A stretch of 64,000 nt of DNA, from positions 26,572 through 90,571 of the IMG/VR virus record IMGVR_UViG_3300037189_010507, one strand, 5' to 3'. Both the position numbers and the translations under genes were made by a program. Numbering within the stretch: position 1 is the stretch's first letter; every line of letters begins with the position of its first letter. The notes beneath the pieces were generated by a model, which was not told where the DNA came from, ran no database searches, and saw only the letters and a list, made by a program, of their open reading frames with translations. This DNA is from a virus. Below, one piece after another: positions 8,008 to 16,913 of the stretch.

Positions 8008-8820
8008 TTATTCTGCTGGCTTAGCATTATCTATAAGGAACTGCATAAGAGTTCCTGTGTATTTCATTCTACCTAGATGCGTAAGTTCAATAGTTGGGTC
8101 TGTCCAAATATCGCCATTCATCTTTTGCCAATAGCGACAGAAACCGTAATCCTCAGATAAGAATCTATTATCTTCGTCTACATAAGAATTAAATAAGGCA
8201 TAAGAATAGTTTCTTTCATCTTCATTAAGCAGCCCGGTATCATCATCATATTTTAATTCCGGATACTGAGCAAACATTTTCTCAAATGCGCTACGCTTAA
8301 TCATCATAAAACCAGTACCAGCATCGTGAACAGAAATGGCACCATTTTCTACAACAATTTGATCACTACCAAAACGAACTGGATTTACAACAAATCTTGT
8401 ACTCAATGATAAAAGTCTATCTGGATCCACACCTTTTTCTACTGCTTTAGAAATTTTTTCCCAATTTATATCCTTTATGGGATAAGCACCAGTTACAATT
8501 TCTTTATCGTGCCATAACATCTTCAAAATATCATCAGGGTTAAAACCTAAATCAACATCAATAAATACCAAATGCGTAAACTCAGGATTAGCCATAAACT
8601 TAGCTACAAGCTGATTTCTAGCTCTTGAAATAAGAGAATCAGATAGTGTACTAATAGAAAATTTTAATCCAATGTCTTTAAACCCAATTGCTGTCTTTAT
8701 GAAAGACATAAAAAATGGTTCCGTAATTTGTTGATCATAACAAGGCAAAGCAAAAAATGGATGCCAACCTTTTATTTGATCAGAAGTAATTTCAATTTCT
8801 TGTTCTTGTGTTTGAATCAT
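8008..8820 (-). CDS. GT-A fold glycosyltransferase-like protein
   Basis: SLISRARN, THLVFIDVD (DxD), AGTGFMMIKR, LSEDYGFC and LTHLG motifs; start refined to the ATG 7 nt after TATACT. Confidence 0.85.
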   Translation of the reverse strand: MIQTQEQEIEITSDQIKGWHPFFALPCYDQQITEPFFMSFIKTAIGFKDIGLKFSISTLSDSLISRARNQLVAKFMANPEFTHLVFIDVDLGFNPDDILKMLWHDKEIVTGAYPIKDINWEKISKAVEKGVDPDRLLSLSTRFVVNPVRFGSDQIVVENGAISVHDAGTGFMMIKRSAFEKMFAQYPELKYDDDTGLLNEDERNYSYALFNSYVDEDNRFLSEDYGFCRYWQKMNGDIWTDPTIELTHLGRMKYTGTLMQFLIDNAKPAE

Positions 8821-8837
8821 AAACAAAAGTATACACG

Positions 8838-8870
8838 AAAAAAAACCCCCATGTGTTTCCACATGGGGGT
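8838..8870 (-). terminator. intrinsic terminator
   Basis: 11-bp stem ACCCCCATGTG/CACATGGGGGT (8845-8870) followed by a T run on the minus strand; T-rich on plus as well. Confidence 0.85.
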
Positions 8871-8894
8871 CTTTTCCTAAATATTTTTTAATAT

Positions 8895-9236
8895 TTACTT
8901 AGATGCTTTTGTCTTCTCTTTTGCAGTAACAGAAGGCACTGCATTTGCAGTAACAGAAGTCATTGCATTTGTGTCTTGTGTTGCCTTAAAGTAAAGCTTG
9001 CTATCATCTGCATCAAAGCGAATAACAATATTGAAACCTAACTTCTTAGCCTGAGCACGAATACGCTGTTGCATTGAATTGTATGCCTTACCTTTTTCAA
9101 TACCAGTAATGCAAAACTTTTCTCCAGTCTTTACAGACTCATTGAGCGCATCAATAATCATCTGCAATTCTTCAGATACTCTACCTGAGCGAGAGATTTC
9201 TGGAAAGTTTTCTACTTTTTGAATGCTAATGGACAT
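8895..9236 (-). CDS. small hypothetical protein (possible DNA binder)
   Basis: AAAGGA SD before MSISIQK; own TGn-TATGAT promoter and downstream terminator. Confidence 0.75.
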   Translation of the reverse strand: MSISIQKVENFPEISRSGRVSEELQMIIDALNESVKTGEKFCITGIEKGKAYNSMQQRIRAQAKKLGFNIVIRFDADDSKLYFKATQDTNAMTSVTANAVPSVTAKEKTKASK

Positions 9237-9380
9237 TTTAATTTCCTTTGTTCTTGTTGTTTGTAAGTGTTGAAATGGTCTTTCCATTTCGTTGAATGTC
9301 ATCATAACACCGCCTTTTTCACCGTGTCGGCAGTTTGCGTATCTTTTTTAAAAAAAGTTTTTGTAACAATTATTTTGTGA

Positions 9381-9578
9381 TCAAAAGTCTTGAGCAATAT
9401 TTTTAGACTTTACATCGTCAGTTTCTTCATAAGTCAAAATGATTTTTTGCAGCTTTTGCACAGCCAATTTGTTTACAGTAAGTTCAAAATTTAAACTACT
9501 AATTTGCCGATTCAATTCAGCAATAATTTCATCAACAGTAACTTGTCCGCTATCTTTATTTAGACTAGATCTATCCAT
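9381..9578 (-). CDS. small coiled-coil protein
   Basis: overlaps the end of terL; SD present. Confidence 0.7.
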   Translation of the reverse strand: MDRSSLNKDSGQVTVDEIIAELNRQISSLNFELTVNKLAVQKLQKIILTYEETDDVKSKNIAQDF

Positions 9579-11290
9579 CTCTCAGCCCCTCCAATCTCTT
9601 TCTTATCTGTATCTTCAAACATTTGAAGATCTCTATTATACATTTTTACAGAAGAGAATTCTTCAAATTCATCATCCATTTCAAATATAGGACTAGGTGC
9701 TAATACTTCAATTTCAACTTCTGAATCAATGGCAGCCATACTCATAGCATTAAAGACAGACCCGGCTAATGCATCAGCTAAGTCTTTAGAACCAGTAGCA
9801 GGGTGATCAATTTTGTTATTACCAAATAACTTTAACTTTAATAATTCTTCTTCAACTAATAACTCATTCCAATATCCGCGTAATCTTGTATCGTACATAC
9901 AAGACATTAATGTGTCATAATCTGTTTTCTTTACGCTATGAAAGTCAGAATTAATTCCCATATTTCTCAAGCTTTGAATCATCTCGATTGATTGCCAACG
10001 GTCAAAGGTAACTAATCCAACATCAAATTTTCTATGGAGATCAACGATCATTTGCCTAATTGATGCGAAGTTAATTTCATTACCAACAGTAGCTTCCCAA
10101 GAATGAACAAGATCAACATTAATAATTGGCAACTTTTCTATACCCATTGATGTTTTAATTTCTTTAAATCCAGCACAATGCGACATACAAAGTGCAGCCC
10201 TATCTCGTTTCAAAGCCAAGTCAACATGAATAAATCTTGTATATCCATCTTTATTATTAAACCAAGGTTTAAACATTCCTTCTTCATCTACTGGATTTTC
10301 TCTATACATAAATGCTTTTCTAACTAGATCAGCATCTCTAAAGTATGCGTCTTCCATATTAGGTGGTTCACATTCAAATCTAGCTCTAGCCTGAATAGGA
10401 TTACGAATATATTCCGACTCTAATTGCTCTCTCTTAATCGTAGGATTAACTTCCCAAGTAGCAGCTTTCATTGACCAAGTTTTTGGTTCATTATTATTTC
10501 TAGAATCAAAATATCTTTGTTGAATAAAGTCACCTTTATAACGAGGGAAAGACAGAAGAATAACTTTACCGACTTCCGGGAAACGAGACATAACAGATAA
10601 CTTACTCATATTATAAATTGCAGATGCAGAACCTTTTGATCTCGTTTCTCCCTTTAATTCAACATCTGTTTTAAAAGCAGCAATTTCGTCAAGAATAATA
10701 GTCATAACTTCATAACCTTCCCAACCTTCACTTTCAGAGTGACCAGAGAAACATCTAACAGGTCTACTAAAGAAAAATATTTCTGAAACTCTAGGTTCAA
10801 ATCCTACTTCATTAAAAAATGGAGAACCAAGCAGTAAGTTTTTAAAAGGCTCAAAGAAAACTCTTTGTGCTTGCTGAGCGTTTACAGCTAAGTTAAGCAA
10901 GTCAATATATACACCATTTGCTTTACCATAATAACTTAAAGGATCTCGAAGACAATGCATAAGATAAGCTGTATACGCCATTGAAATTCTTGCACAATGG
11001 TCTTTACCAGAGCCTTTACCTAACATGCATATGACTTCATTATCTGTATACTTATCGTAATAAGCCGCCCCTTCTTCTTCACCCATCAAATTCATTAACG
11101 TATGTTTTTTAAAAATTTGTGTAGAATGTCGTACAATCTCTAATTGAATAGGAGATAATGGTGGAAGCCCAAGATATTTCCTATCCTCAACAAATACTTC
11201 AATAGGAACAGGTTCTTGTACAAATTCTTCTTTCTTTAGCAATCTTTCAAAGTCTGCTAATTCTAAGTTCATACCGATAAAGTCAGACAT
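9560..11290 (-). CDS. terL: terminase large subunit
   Basis: Walker A LGKGSGKD, Walker B IILDE, RNase H-like nuclease HVDLA...FDRWQS...KDLADA. Confidence 0.92.
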   Translation of the reverse strand: MSDFIGMNLELADFERLLKKEEFVQEPVPIEVFVEDRKYLGLPPLSPIQLEIVRHSTQIFKKHTLMNLMGEEEGAAYYDKYTDNEVICMLGKGSGKDHCARISMAYTAYLMHCLRDPLSYYGKANGVYIDLLNLAVNAQQAQRVFFEPFKNLLLGSPFFNEVGFEPRVSEIFFFSRPVRCFSGHSESEGWEGYEVMTIILDEIAAFKTDVELKGETRSKGSASAIYNMSKLSVMSRFPEVGKVILLSFPRYKGDFIQQRYFDSRNNNEPKTWSMKAATWEVNPTIKREQLESEYIRNPIQARARFECEPPNMEDAYFRDADLVRKAFMYRENPVDEEGMFKPWFNNKDGYTRFIHVDLALKRDRAALCMSHCAGFKEIKTSMGIEKLPIINVDLVHSWEATVGNEINFASIRQMIVDLHRKFDVGLVTFDRWQSIEMIQSLRNMGINSDFHSVKKTDYDTLMSCMYDTRLRGYWNELLVEEELLKLKLFGNNKIDHPATGSKDLADALAGSVFNAMSMAAIDSEVEIEVLAPSPIFEMDDEFEEFSSVKMYNRDLQMFEDTDKKEIGGAERWIDLV

Positions 11291-11913
11291 TATTCTGCTC
11301 CTTTATGGGGCGAATTTTCCGTTTCAAATTGTGGAGTTTCTACAATCTCTGCTTCTTCTATAAATTCTTCTTGCGTATTCATAATGTCAAAAGCAATAGA
11401 CAGCTCTCTACGGACTTCATCAGCAATCTCTGGGTACTTTGAAATAACATCTCTGAGGACTCTAGAAAGAATTTGATTAACATTCTCAGCCTTTTGCATT
11501 CGGGCAATATAATCAGAATCACCATTTGTACCGCCCATAAGCTTATGCAATTGTGCTTTCTTATTCGCAATGTCTGCTGCCAATTTAAGAGCCTGAATTC
11601 TTGCTGGAACCATTCCATGATCAGTTGCTATGTTAACTGTCTCCCAAGCTTCCTTACTTAATTGATCAAACTCTTGAAGAGCTTTAATAGTATTAAATTG
11701 AATTCTCTCAAGGAAGTATGGGTCTTCTTCTGCTTGACGGTTGAGTATCTTTTTATACTCGTTTATATAATCTTTCGCATCCGCTATCTTTATAGATAAT
11801 AGCGTTGCTATTTCGTGATAAGAATAACCTTTAACATATAACTGGCCTGCATCTTCTATAGACCTTAATTTGTCAAAGATATTCTTGTCACCTATTGGTT
11901 CAATATTTGACAT
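11290..11913 (-). CDS. terS: probable terminase small subunit
   Basis: N-terminal HTH (GYSYHEIATLL), helical body, TAATG-coupled to terL. Confidence 0.7.
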   Translation of the reverse strand: MSNIEPIGDKNIFDKLRSIEDAGQLYVKGYSYHEIATLLSIKIADAKDYINEYKKILNRQAEEDPYFLERIQFNTIKALQEFDQLSKEAWETVNIATDHGMVPARIQALKLAADIANKKAQLHKLMGGTNGDSDYIARMQKAENVNQILSRVLRDVISKYPEIADEVRRELSIAFDIMNTQEEFIEEAEIVETPQFETENSPHKGAE

Positions 11914-11929
11914 AATATATAGTTTATCA
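11914..11929 (-). promoter_or_regulatory. leaderless-type extended -10 for terS
   Basis: TGA-TAAACT-7 nt-ATG just after a terminator. Confidence 0.55.
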
Positions 11930-11942
11930 TACTAATACAGAA

Positions 11943-11980
11943 ATAAAAGCGAAAAGCCCCGCCGAAGCGAGGCAATTCAC
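11943..11980 (-). terminator. intrinsic terminator with cUUCGg tetraloop
   Basis: minus strand GCCTCGC-TTCG-GCGGGGC-TTTTCGCTTTT. Confidence 0.8.
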
Positions 11981-11992
11981 TATTTTTACTTA

Positions 11993-12079
11993 TTAGTTAG
12001 AGACAACTCTGTAAATAGTAATCTTGTCGTTTTTTGCAAAAAGGACAAGTTGTTCTTGGACTTTTATTGGTGAATTCAT
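11993..12079 (-). CDS. 28-aa peptide with its own promoter and terminator (not in ORF track)
   Basis: TGA-TACTAT-AGGAAT-ATG; MNSPIKVQEQLVLFAKNDKITIYRVVSN. Confidence 0.55.
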   Translation of the reverse strand: MNSPIKVQEQLVLFAKNDKITIYRVVSN

Positions 12080-12142
12080 ATTCCTATAGTATCATATTCT
12101 GAATCGTTATTTTGTCGTTTGTTTTTGTTTGTATAAAAATTA

Positions 12143-12907
12143 TTATTCTTTCACAAAACCAAGTTGGTCGCCATCTTTTTCAGCAAAAGTGTGAAGAGTA
12201 TCATAATCATAACCATGCATCTTAGTAAAAACTAATCTATAGTTATACCATCCTCTTACACCTTCCCAAAATTTTTGGTCTGTTTCTGCTGCTAGGTCTA
12301 CCAATTCTTCACTCGTTAACAAGAATGTTAGAACTCCCAAAGGCATATAAACAACACTGTTATATGTTGCATCTTTGTCAGATGCATACTCTGCAAGTAT
12401 GTCTTGATACTGCTTAATGACTCTTGCTACACCATCACCGGCATAATAATCAACTTGACCATGTGCATTTCTAATCCTAGGACAGTAATCATCAACAGGA
12501 GTAATTGTTCCAAATGTTCTACAAACCATCGGTCTATATCCATAGATAGTGCAACCACCCTTGTAGAATACACAATGGCGATCTGTCTCTCCATTCATTT
12601 CCCAATTTGGATCATGCATTGCTTCTTTCAAAGATTCAATCATTGATTCCATCCATTCATTTGCAAACTGCTCACCCTTATCTTCCATCTTCAAATAGAA
12701 TTCTTGTGTAATTTTGAAAGCAATATTTGCACATTCTGCAAGAGGAATTCTTAATCCAATCTTGCAACATTTACCTGAACCAAGACACTTGTATTCAGTA
12801 TTATTCTGCTTTGCTTCAATCACTCTAACTTGATTGTAAATCATATCAAGTTTTCCAAATGTTGAAATATCTTTAGCAGTTACGCTTCTTCTCATTTCTT
12901 TCTTCAT
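12143..12907 (-). CDS. YkgJ/FliB-family (CxxCxxCC, PF03692-like) Fe-S/Zn protein
   Basis: CLGSGKCC...CVFY..GCTIY..RPMVCRTF...C. Confidence 0.85.
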   Translation of the reverse strand: MKKEMRRSVTAKDISTFGKLDMIYNQVRVIEAKQNNTEYKCLGSGKCCKIGLRIPLAECANIAFKITQEFYLKMEDKGEQFANEWMESMIESLKEAMHDPNWEMNGETDRHCVFYKGGCTIYGYRPMVCRTFGTITPVDDYCPRIRNAHGQVDYYAGDGVARVIKQYQDILAEYASDKDATYNSVVYMPLGVLTFLLTSEELVDLAAETDQKFWEGVRGWYNYRLVFTKMHGYDYDTLHTFAEKDGDQLGFVKE

Positions 12908-13200
12908 TTTAACTTACCTTTCTTTTTAAGTTCATTTTGTTTTCTCATTTCTCTTCGTCTTTGCTCTACCATTTTTTGGGCTGGCGATTTAGGAGCTTTC
13001 TGTTTACCAGCAGATAAGTTTCTTCCCTTGCCCCTGTACTTAAGCAGATCATATTTTTTACACCAGTTGTAAACTGTCTGAGGACTTGTTTTAATATTGT
13101 AATTCTTATCTAAAAGTTTTACAATATCTGTCAAGTTCATTCTTTTAGCAACATAATGCTCATATAAAAATGTTTTATCTTTATAAGGCTCAAGGCCCAT
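12904..13200 (-). CDS. HTH DNA-binding protein
   Basis: LYEHYV...LTDIV...SPQTVYNW; basic C-terminus. Confidence 0.75.
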   Translation of the reverse strand: MGLEPYKDKTFLYEHYVAKRMNLTDIVKLLDKNYNIKTSPQTVYNWCKKYDLLKYRGKGRNLSAGKQKAPKSPAQKMVEQRRREMRKQNELKKKGKLK

Positions 13201-13771
13201 CTTTACCACCAGTTTTGTAATACCATAAAGCAATTCCTAATGCGTCAATAATATCATCATCTTCAAGACCTGGGGTTTCATTTCCATAAGCAATTGAAAC
13301 AATTTCTCTTACTCTAGTTTTTCTTTCGTTCTTCATTTTAATCTGAATAGACCCTTTGGTGCCATTCTTTTCTAAAGAACTCTTATCTTGCTTAGTAACA
13401 TTTTTGTAACCGATAGCTGGTTTCCATTGAAGAGGATTAATATCTCTAGTTTTGATACCTGCTTGATGGAGTATTCCCCATGTAAAACCTATTACATAAG
13501 AAATAATTCTACTTGATTGAAAGTTTTGGACATACACTGATTGCTCAATAGCAGCAACATCTGGCTTATACATATCTATAACCGATGACATTTCTTTGTA
13601 TATCTTTGCAAACTTTTCTGATTCTGTTTTCTCTTTTTTAAGATCTATTTTCCCAGTAGCAATCACATCTTTTTCTTTTGTGACGACTGCCCATGCCAAA
13701 GAATGAGATGCTGGGTCAATAGCTATGACTTTTTGCCAGTCATTGCTACCGACAATATTCTTTAAACTCAT
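13190..13771 (-). CDS. ruvC: RuvC-like Holliday junction resolvase
   Basis: IAIDPA, AAIEQ, PLQWK and DIIDALGIA. Confidence 0.88.
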   Translation of the reverse strand: MSLKNIVGSNDWQKVIAIDPASHSLAWAVVTKEKDVIATGKIDLKKEKTESEKFAKIYKEMSSVIDMYKPDVAAIEQSVYVQNFQSSRIISYVIGFTWGILHQAGIKTRDINPLQWKPAIGYKNVTKQDKSSLEKNGTKGSIQIKMKNERKTRVREIVSIAYGNETPGLEDDDIIDALGIALWYYKTGGKDGP

Positions 13772-13783
13772 CTATATATTATA
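13772..13783 (-). promoter_or_regulatory. leaderless-type -10 box for ruvC
   Basis: TATAAT-6 nt-ATG with no SD. Confidence 0.6.
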
Positions 13784-13792
13784 GCGTATAGA

Positions 13793-14104
13793 TTAACGCT
13801 GTTCATCCCTAAGCTTCTTTTCATCCCATCCCCAACTAATTAATCTTTGTATGTATCGTTCAGTTTTACACTGTTCGCATATTTCTTCTTCATTATAGGA
13901 TGAAAGAACAGTATCACAATCTTTTGTTTTACAAATTCTTTTTCGCTTTTTATTCTCTTTTTTTCTGTAGTAGTTTTCAAGCAGTTTTTTATTTGTTACA
14001 ACTTTTCTACATTCTGGTGAGCAGTATATAGTGTTGTAAACTTTTGCTATAAAATCTTTTTTACATTCTTCGTTTTGACATACTCTTTGTTCGCTATCAA
14101 ACAT
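13793..14104 (-). CDS. double Zn-finger protein
   Basis: CQNEEC...YCSPEC and C....C...LSSYN...ICEQC. Confidence 0.8.
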   Translation of the reverse strand: MFDSEQRVCQNEECKKDFIAKVYNTIYCSPECRKVVTNKKLLENYYRKKENKKRKRICKTKDCDTVLSSYNEEEICEQCKTERYIQRLISWGWDEKKLRDEQR

Positions 14105-14816
14105 TCCCCGACCAGCATTTATCAGCCAAAGCACACTCTGCACATTTAGCAGAACTACGCTTATAAGGCTGAGCGGGGATTTCTCGCTTTAAGAAAGCAT
14201 CGTAAATTCCCCTATATTTTTTAAACAATTTATCTATGAATGTGTCATCTCTTTCAATATAAATTGGAAGAATTTCTTGGTTATTTTTATTCTCGTAAAT
14301 AACTAAACCAGATGGCAAATCAAGACAGCGCATATAAATTTGTGCTTGTCTAAAATGATCGTCTTTTGGTTTGTTATATAGCTTTCTATAGTGAAAGCCT
14401 TCATTTGATATTGATTTCAACTCTATTAGTTTATGACCATCAAGATCAATTATACCATCTGCAGTGCCCTCAATTGGGGGATCATCGTGTGTTACTGGAA
14501 TTTCTTCTGCTACAAGTATGCCAATTTCTCTCAAATAACTGTAAAGTCTGTCATGGACAGCATGACCATTATCAAAGATTCTATAAGTTTGAGGATGGAA
14601 TGTAGTTGTCATTTCAGTACCTTCAAATAGATAATACCAATAACGCGCACATTGGTTTGTATAACTGGGATGGAACCCGCCAACCTTTTTCTCAGTTGGG
14701 GTATTACGCTTTTCTAGATGAGCATCAATTGTTTTCAACAAATCCCCTACAATATCGTCACCCGATTTCTGTATTTTTTCCTGCTTTGGGAGTTTTAGTG
14801 CATTTAATGATTTCAA
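14097..14816 (-). CDS. Cas4-like PD-(D/E)XK exonuclease
   Basis: HPS...CAR, G.AVH, GTADG, IELKS, QAQIY and C-terminal CxxC....C. Confidence 0.88.
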   Translation of the reverse strand: MKSLNALKLPKQEKIQKSGDDIVGDLLKTIDAHLEKRNTPTEKKVGGFHPSYTNQCARYWYYLFEGTEMTTTFHPQTYRIFDNGHAVHDRLYSYLREIGILVAEEIPVTHDDPPIEGTADGIIDLDGHKLIELKSISNEGFHYRKLYNKPKDDHFRQAQIYMRCLDLPSGLVIYENKNNQEILPIYIERDDTFIDKLFKKYRGIYDAFLKREIPAQPYKRSSAKCAECALADKCWSGNV

Positions 14817-15131
14817 TTAATTTCCTTTTGATGCGATTTTGAGAACATTAATGTTCTCTGCTAGAGCTTCATACATGGTTTTCCATATATCATTTACCAT
14901 TTTATCTTGTTCACTCATGAGACTAGATCTTCTCTTAAAAGCCTGAGACTTAATAATCATTTGAGTTCTATATGCTGCCAAAAGGTTTGCATATTTGATA
15001 GCCTGCGCTCCAACATAATGATTTGGGTTGTCAATAATATCTTGTACAATTGCCATACACTCAATAAATTCTTTTGATCTTTCTCCCATATGCTGGGCGA
15101 TGAAATCAACATCTACAATAATATCAGCCAT
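14817..15131 (-). CDS. hypothetical helical protein
   Basis: AGAGAAG SD; coupled ORF. Confidence 0.75.
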   Translation of the reverse strand: MADIIVDVDFIAQHMGERSKEFIECMAIVQDIIDNPNHYVGAQAIKYANLLAAYRTQMIIKSQAFKRRSSLMSEQDKMVNDIWKTMYEALAENINVLKIASKGN

Positions 15132-16515
15132 GTATATCTTCTCTTTCTATTAGGTTCTTCAATTGTACACCTATCCAATGCGATACAGGGCTTGCAATAG
15201 CATTTCCGCACATTTTATATCTATTGGTATCGGCAATCTTTTTACCGTTTCTATCAAATGCCGTGTGATTATCAGGGAACCCCATTAATCTTTCGCATTC
15301 AATAGGTGTAAGTCTTCTTAAAATAAATTTCTTTTCATCTACTGGAATAGCAATGTGGTCAGCGGAGTCAATACCAGTTCTGATTGTTCTATAAGTATCT
15401 TCTGTTATTTTATTATTATAGCCATCATATGCAAGAACAGGTACTTGACCACCACCTGTCCCCATCCTGTGCTTTAAAGTTGGAACAATTCCATCTTCAT
15501 AGATTCTAATATCATCAACTCTTGTCCCATCAAGCACCATTATATGAGGCATATTATCCCCATTATGATGCTCTGCTCTAAGAGTTGGAACTAAATCTTC
15601 ACTAACTCCATAACCTTGTCTAACCATTACTCCCGGCTGAAAGACAAGGACTGTTGCTCTCGCTTCTCCAGTGTTATCAAATGCATTAAGAGTTGGTGAT
15701 ACGTTACCACTAATCCAAGACTCTGAATCTTCATTATTCTGCGCCCTCTTTGTCTTAACAAAAGGCTCTAAAATGAAGTTCATATCCGGTCTTTTATGGT
15801 CAGAAGAAGATAGACTTACTCCTCCTTCTTCATATTTGCTAAATCCTGTTTTCCCATACCAGATAGGTCCATCAATGCCTGTCTCAAAGGCTCTGGGATT
15901 TGATTTCCCTTTCTTTCTCCTCTTCTTAATATCCCCATTGCTGTCTTCGGGGACAGATAATATTTTTCCATTACTTCTTCTAATGGCTGAAGAGTCCCAG
16001 CAAGCGATGACAAATATTCTTCTTCTTCGCTGGGCGACTCCGAACCATTGTGCATCCAAGATATGCCATTCAATTCCCAATGCCCCGATGTTAGCCATTT
16101 GGTTGAGGACTTCCCCGAAGTCTTCTCCTTTATTACTTGTGAGGGCACCTGGGACATTTTCCCAGATTGCCCATTTTGGATATTGTCCATTTGTTGCATC
16201 ACGCATCTCCTTAATTATTCTAATACCTTCAAAAAATAATCCTGATCTATCTCCGTCAAGACCAGAACGCTTACCTGCTACTGATAAGTCTTGGCATGGT
16301 GAGCCAAAAGAAATCAAATCAACAGGTGTTAAATCTGCGCCATCAACATCTCGTACATCTGTGTACTTTAATGTATCAGGCCAGTTTCTTTGCAATACTT
16401 CTTGGCAATTTTTATCCCATTCAACTTGGAACTTACATTCCCAGCCAGCAGAATCAAAACCAAGATCAAATCCACCTACTCCTGCGAATAGGCTTCCATA
16501 AGTTAAATTACTCAT
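15124..16515 (-). CDS. dcm: DNA (cytosine-5) methyltransferase
   Basis: motif I SLFAGVGG, IV GSPCQD, VI WENV, VIII QRRRRIF, IX RRLTPIECERLMGFP, X GNA. Confidence 0.95.
   Translation of the reverse strand: MSNLTYGSLFAGVGGFDLGFDSAGWECKFQVEWDKNCQEVLQRNWPDTLKYTDVRDVDGADLTPVDLISFGSPCQDLSVAGKRSGLDGDRSGLFFEGIRIIKEMRDATNGQYPKWAIWENVPGALTSNKGEDFGEVLNQMANIGALGIEWHILDAQWFGVAQRRRRIFVIACWDSSAIRRSNGKILSVPEDSNGDIKKRRKKGKSNPRAFETGIDGPIWYGKTGFSKYEEGGVSLSSSDHKRPDMNFILEPFVKTKRAQNNEDSESWISGNVSPTLNAFDNTGEARATVLVFQPGVMVRQGYGVSEDLVPTLRAEHHNGDNMPHIMVLDGTRVDDIRIYEDGIVPTLKHRMGTGGGQVPVLAYDGYNNKITEDTYRTIRTGIDSADHIAIPVDEKKFILRRLTPIECERLMGFPDNHTAFDRNGKKIADTNRYKMCGNAIASPVSHWIGVQLKNLIEREDIHG
15816..16199 (-). CDS. nested alternate-frame gene inside dcm (M.EcoHK31I beta-like polypeptide)
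   Basis: AAGGAG 7 nt before the ATG at 16199; SSL...L....V.EKYYLSPKTAMGILRRGERKG.QIPEPLRQAL. Confidence 0.7.
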   Translation of the reverse strand: MQQMDNIQNGQSGKMSQVPSQVIKEKTSGKSSTKWLTSGHWELNGISWMHNGSESPSEEEEYLSSLAGTLQPLEEVMEKYYLSPKTAMGILRRGERKGNQIPEPLRQALMDLSGMGKQDLANMKKEE

Positions 16516-16913
16516 TATTTTCCTTTAAACACAACTACGACTGATGGGAAAGGAGCGTTATAAATTGCTCCTTGAAATCTCAGTCTACCTTTAATAAAAC
16601 GAATTTCATCCGCTTGCATGACATATGTATGCCACCATTTTGTGTCAGTACGACTTGGGATTAGAAAAACTGATGTATTGCCCTTCTCCTGCTCTCTCAT
16701 AGCTTTTTCAAGCCATTTCGCAATCACATTGCCATATGGTGGATTAACAAAGTTGCAAGAACCCCATTCAATTTCCAAACCGTCAAAATCGGGATTAGAT
16801 GGACATGGATCAAAATTAAAATTAAATTCTTCATTTAATTTTTGATAGAAAACTTCAGGAGTTTTCCACTTTTCATTAACTGACATAAAGTGAACTTGAC
16901 TACTCATAATCAC
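16515..16913 (-). CDS. phage N6-adenine DNA methyltransferase (T1 Dam-like, PF05869)
   Basis: W.TP, F.FDPC, VNPPYG, LIPSRTDTKWWH, RFIKGRLRF and APFPS. Confidence 0.9.
   Translation of the reverse strand: MIMSSQVHFMSVNEKWKTPEVFYQKLNEEFNFNFDPCPSNPDFDGLEIEWGSCNFVNPPYGNVIAKWLEKAMREQEKGNTSVFLIPSRTDTKWWHTYVMQADEIRFIKGRLRFQGAIYNAPFPSVVVVFKGK

Noticed and set aside
8821-8862. Track start for the GT-A gene at 8862 (also 5196, 5469, 9305, 34646, 51954, 62239)
   Set aside because: These extensions run through terminators, promoters or upstream genes; downstream ATGs have better SD, -10 or coupling support.
14097-14816. Cas4-like gene as evidence of a CRISPR system
   Set aside because: No array or other cas genes; solo Cas4-like nucleases are common phage recombination exonucleases.
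15671-16501. 276-aa plus-strand ORF antisense to dcm
   Set aside because: Codon-register shadow of the MTase; no SD or recognisable motif, and the whole window is transcribed on the minus strand.
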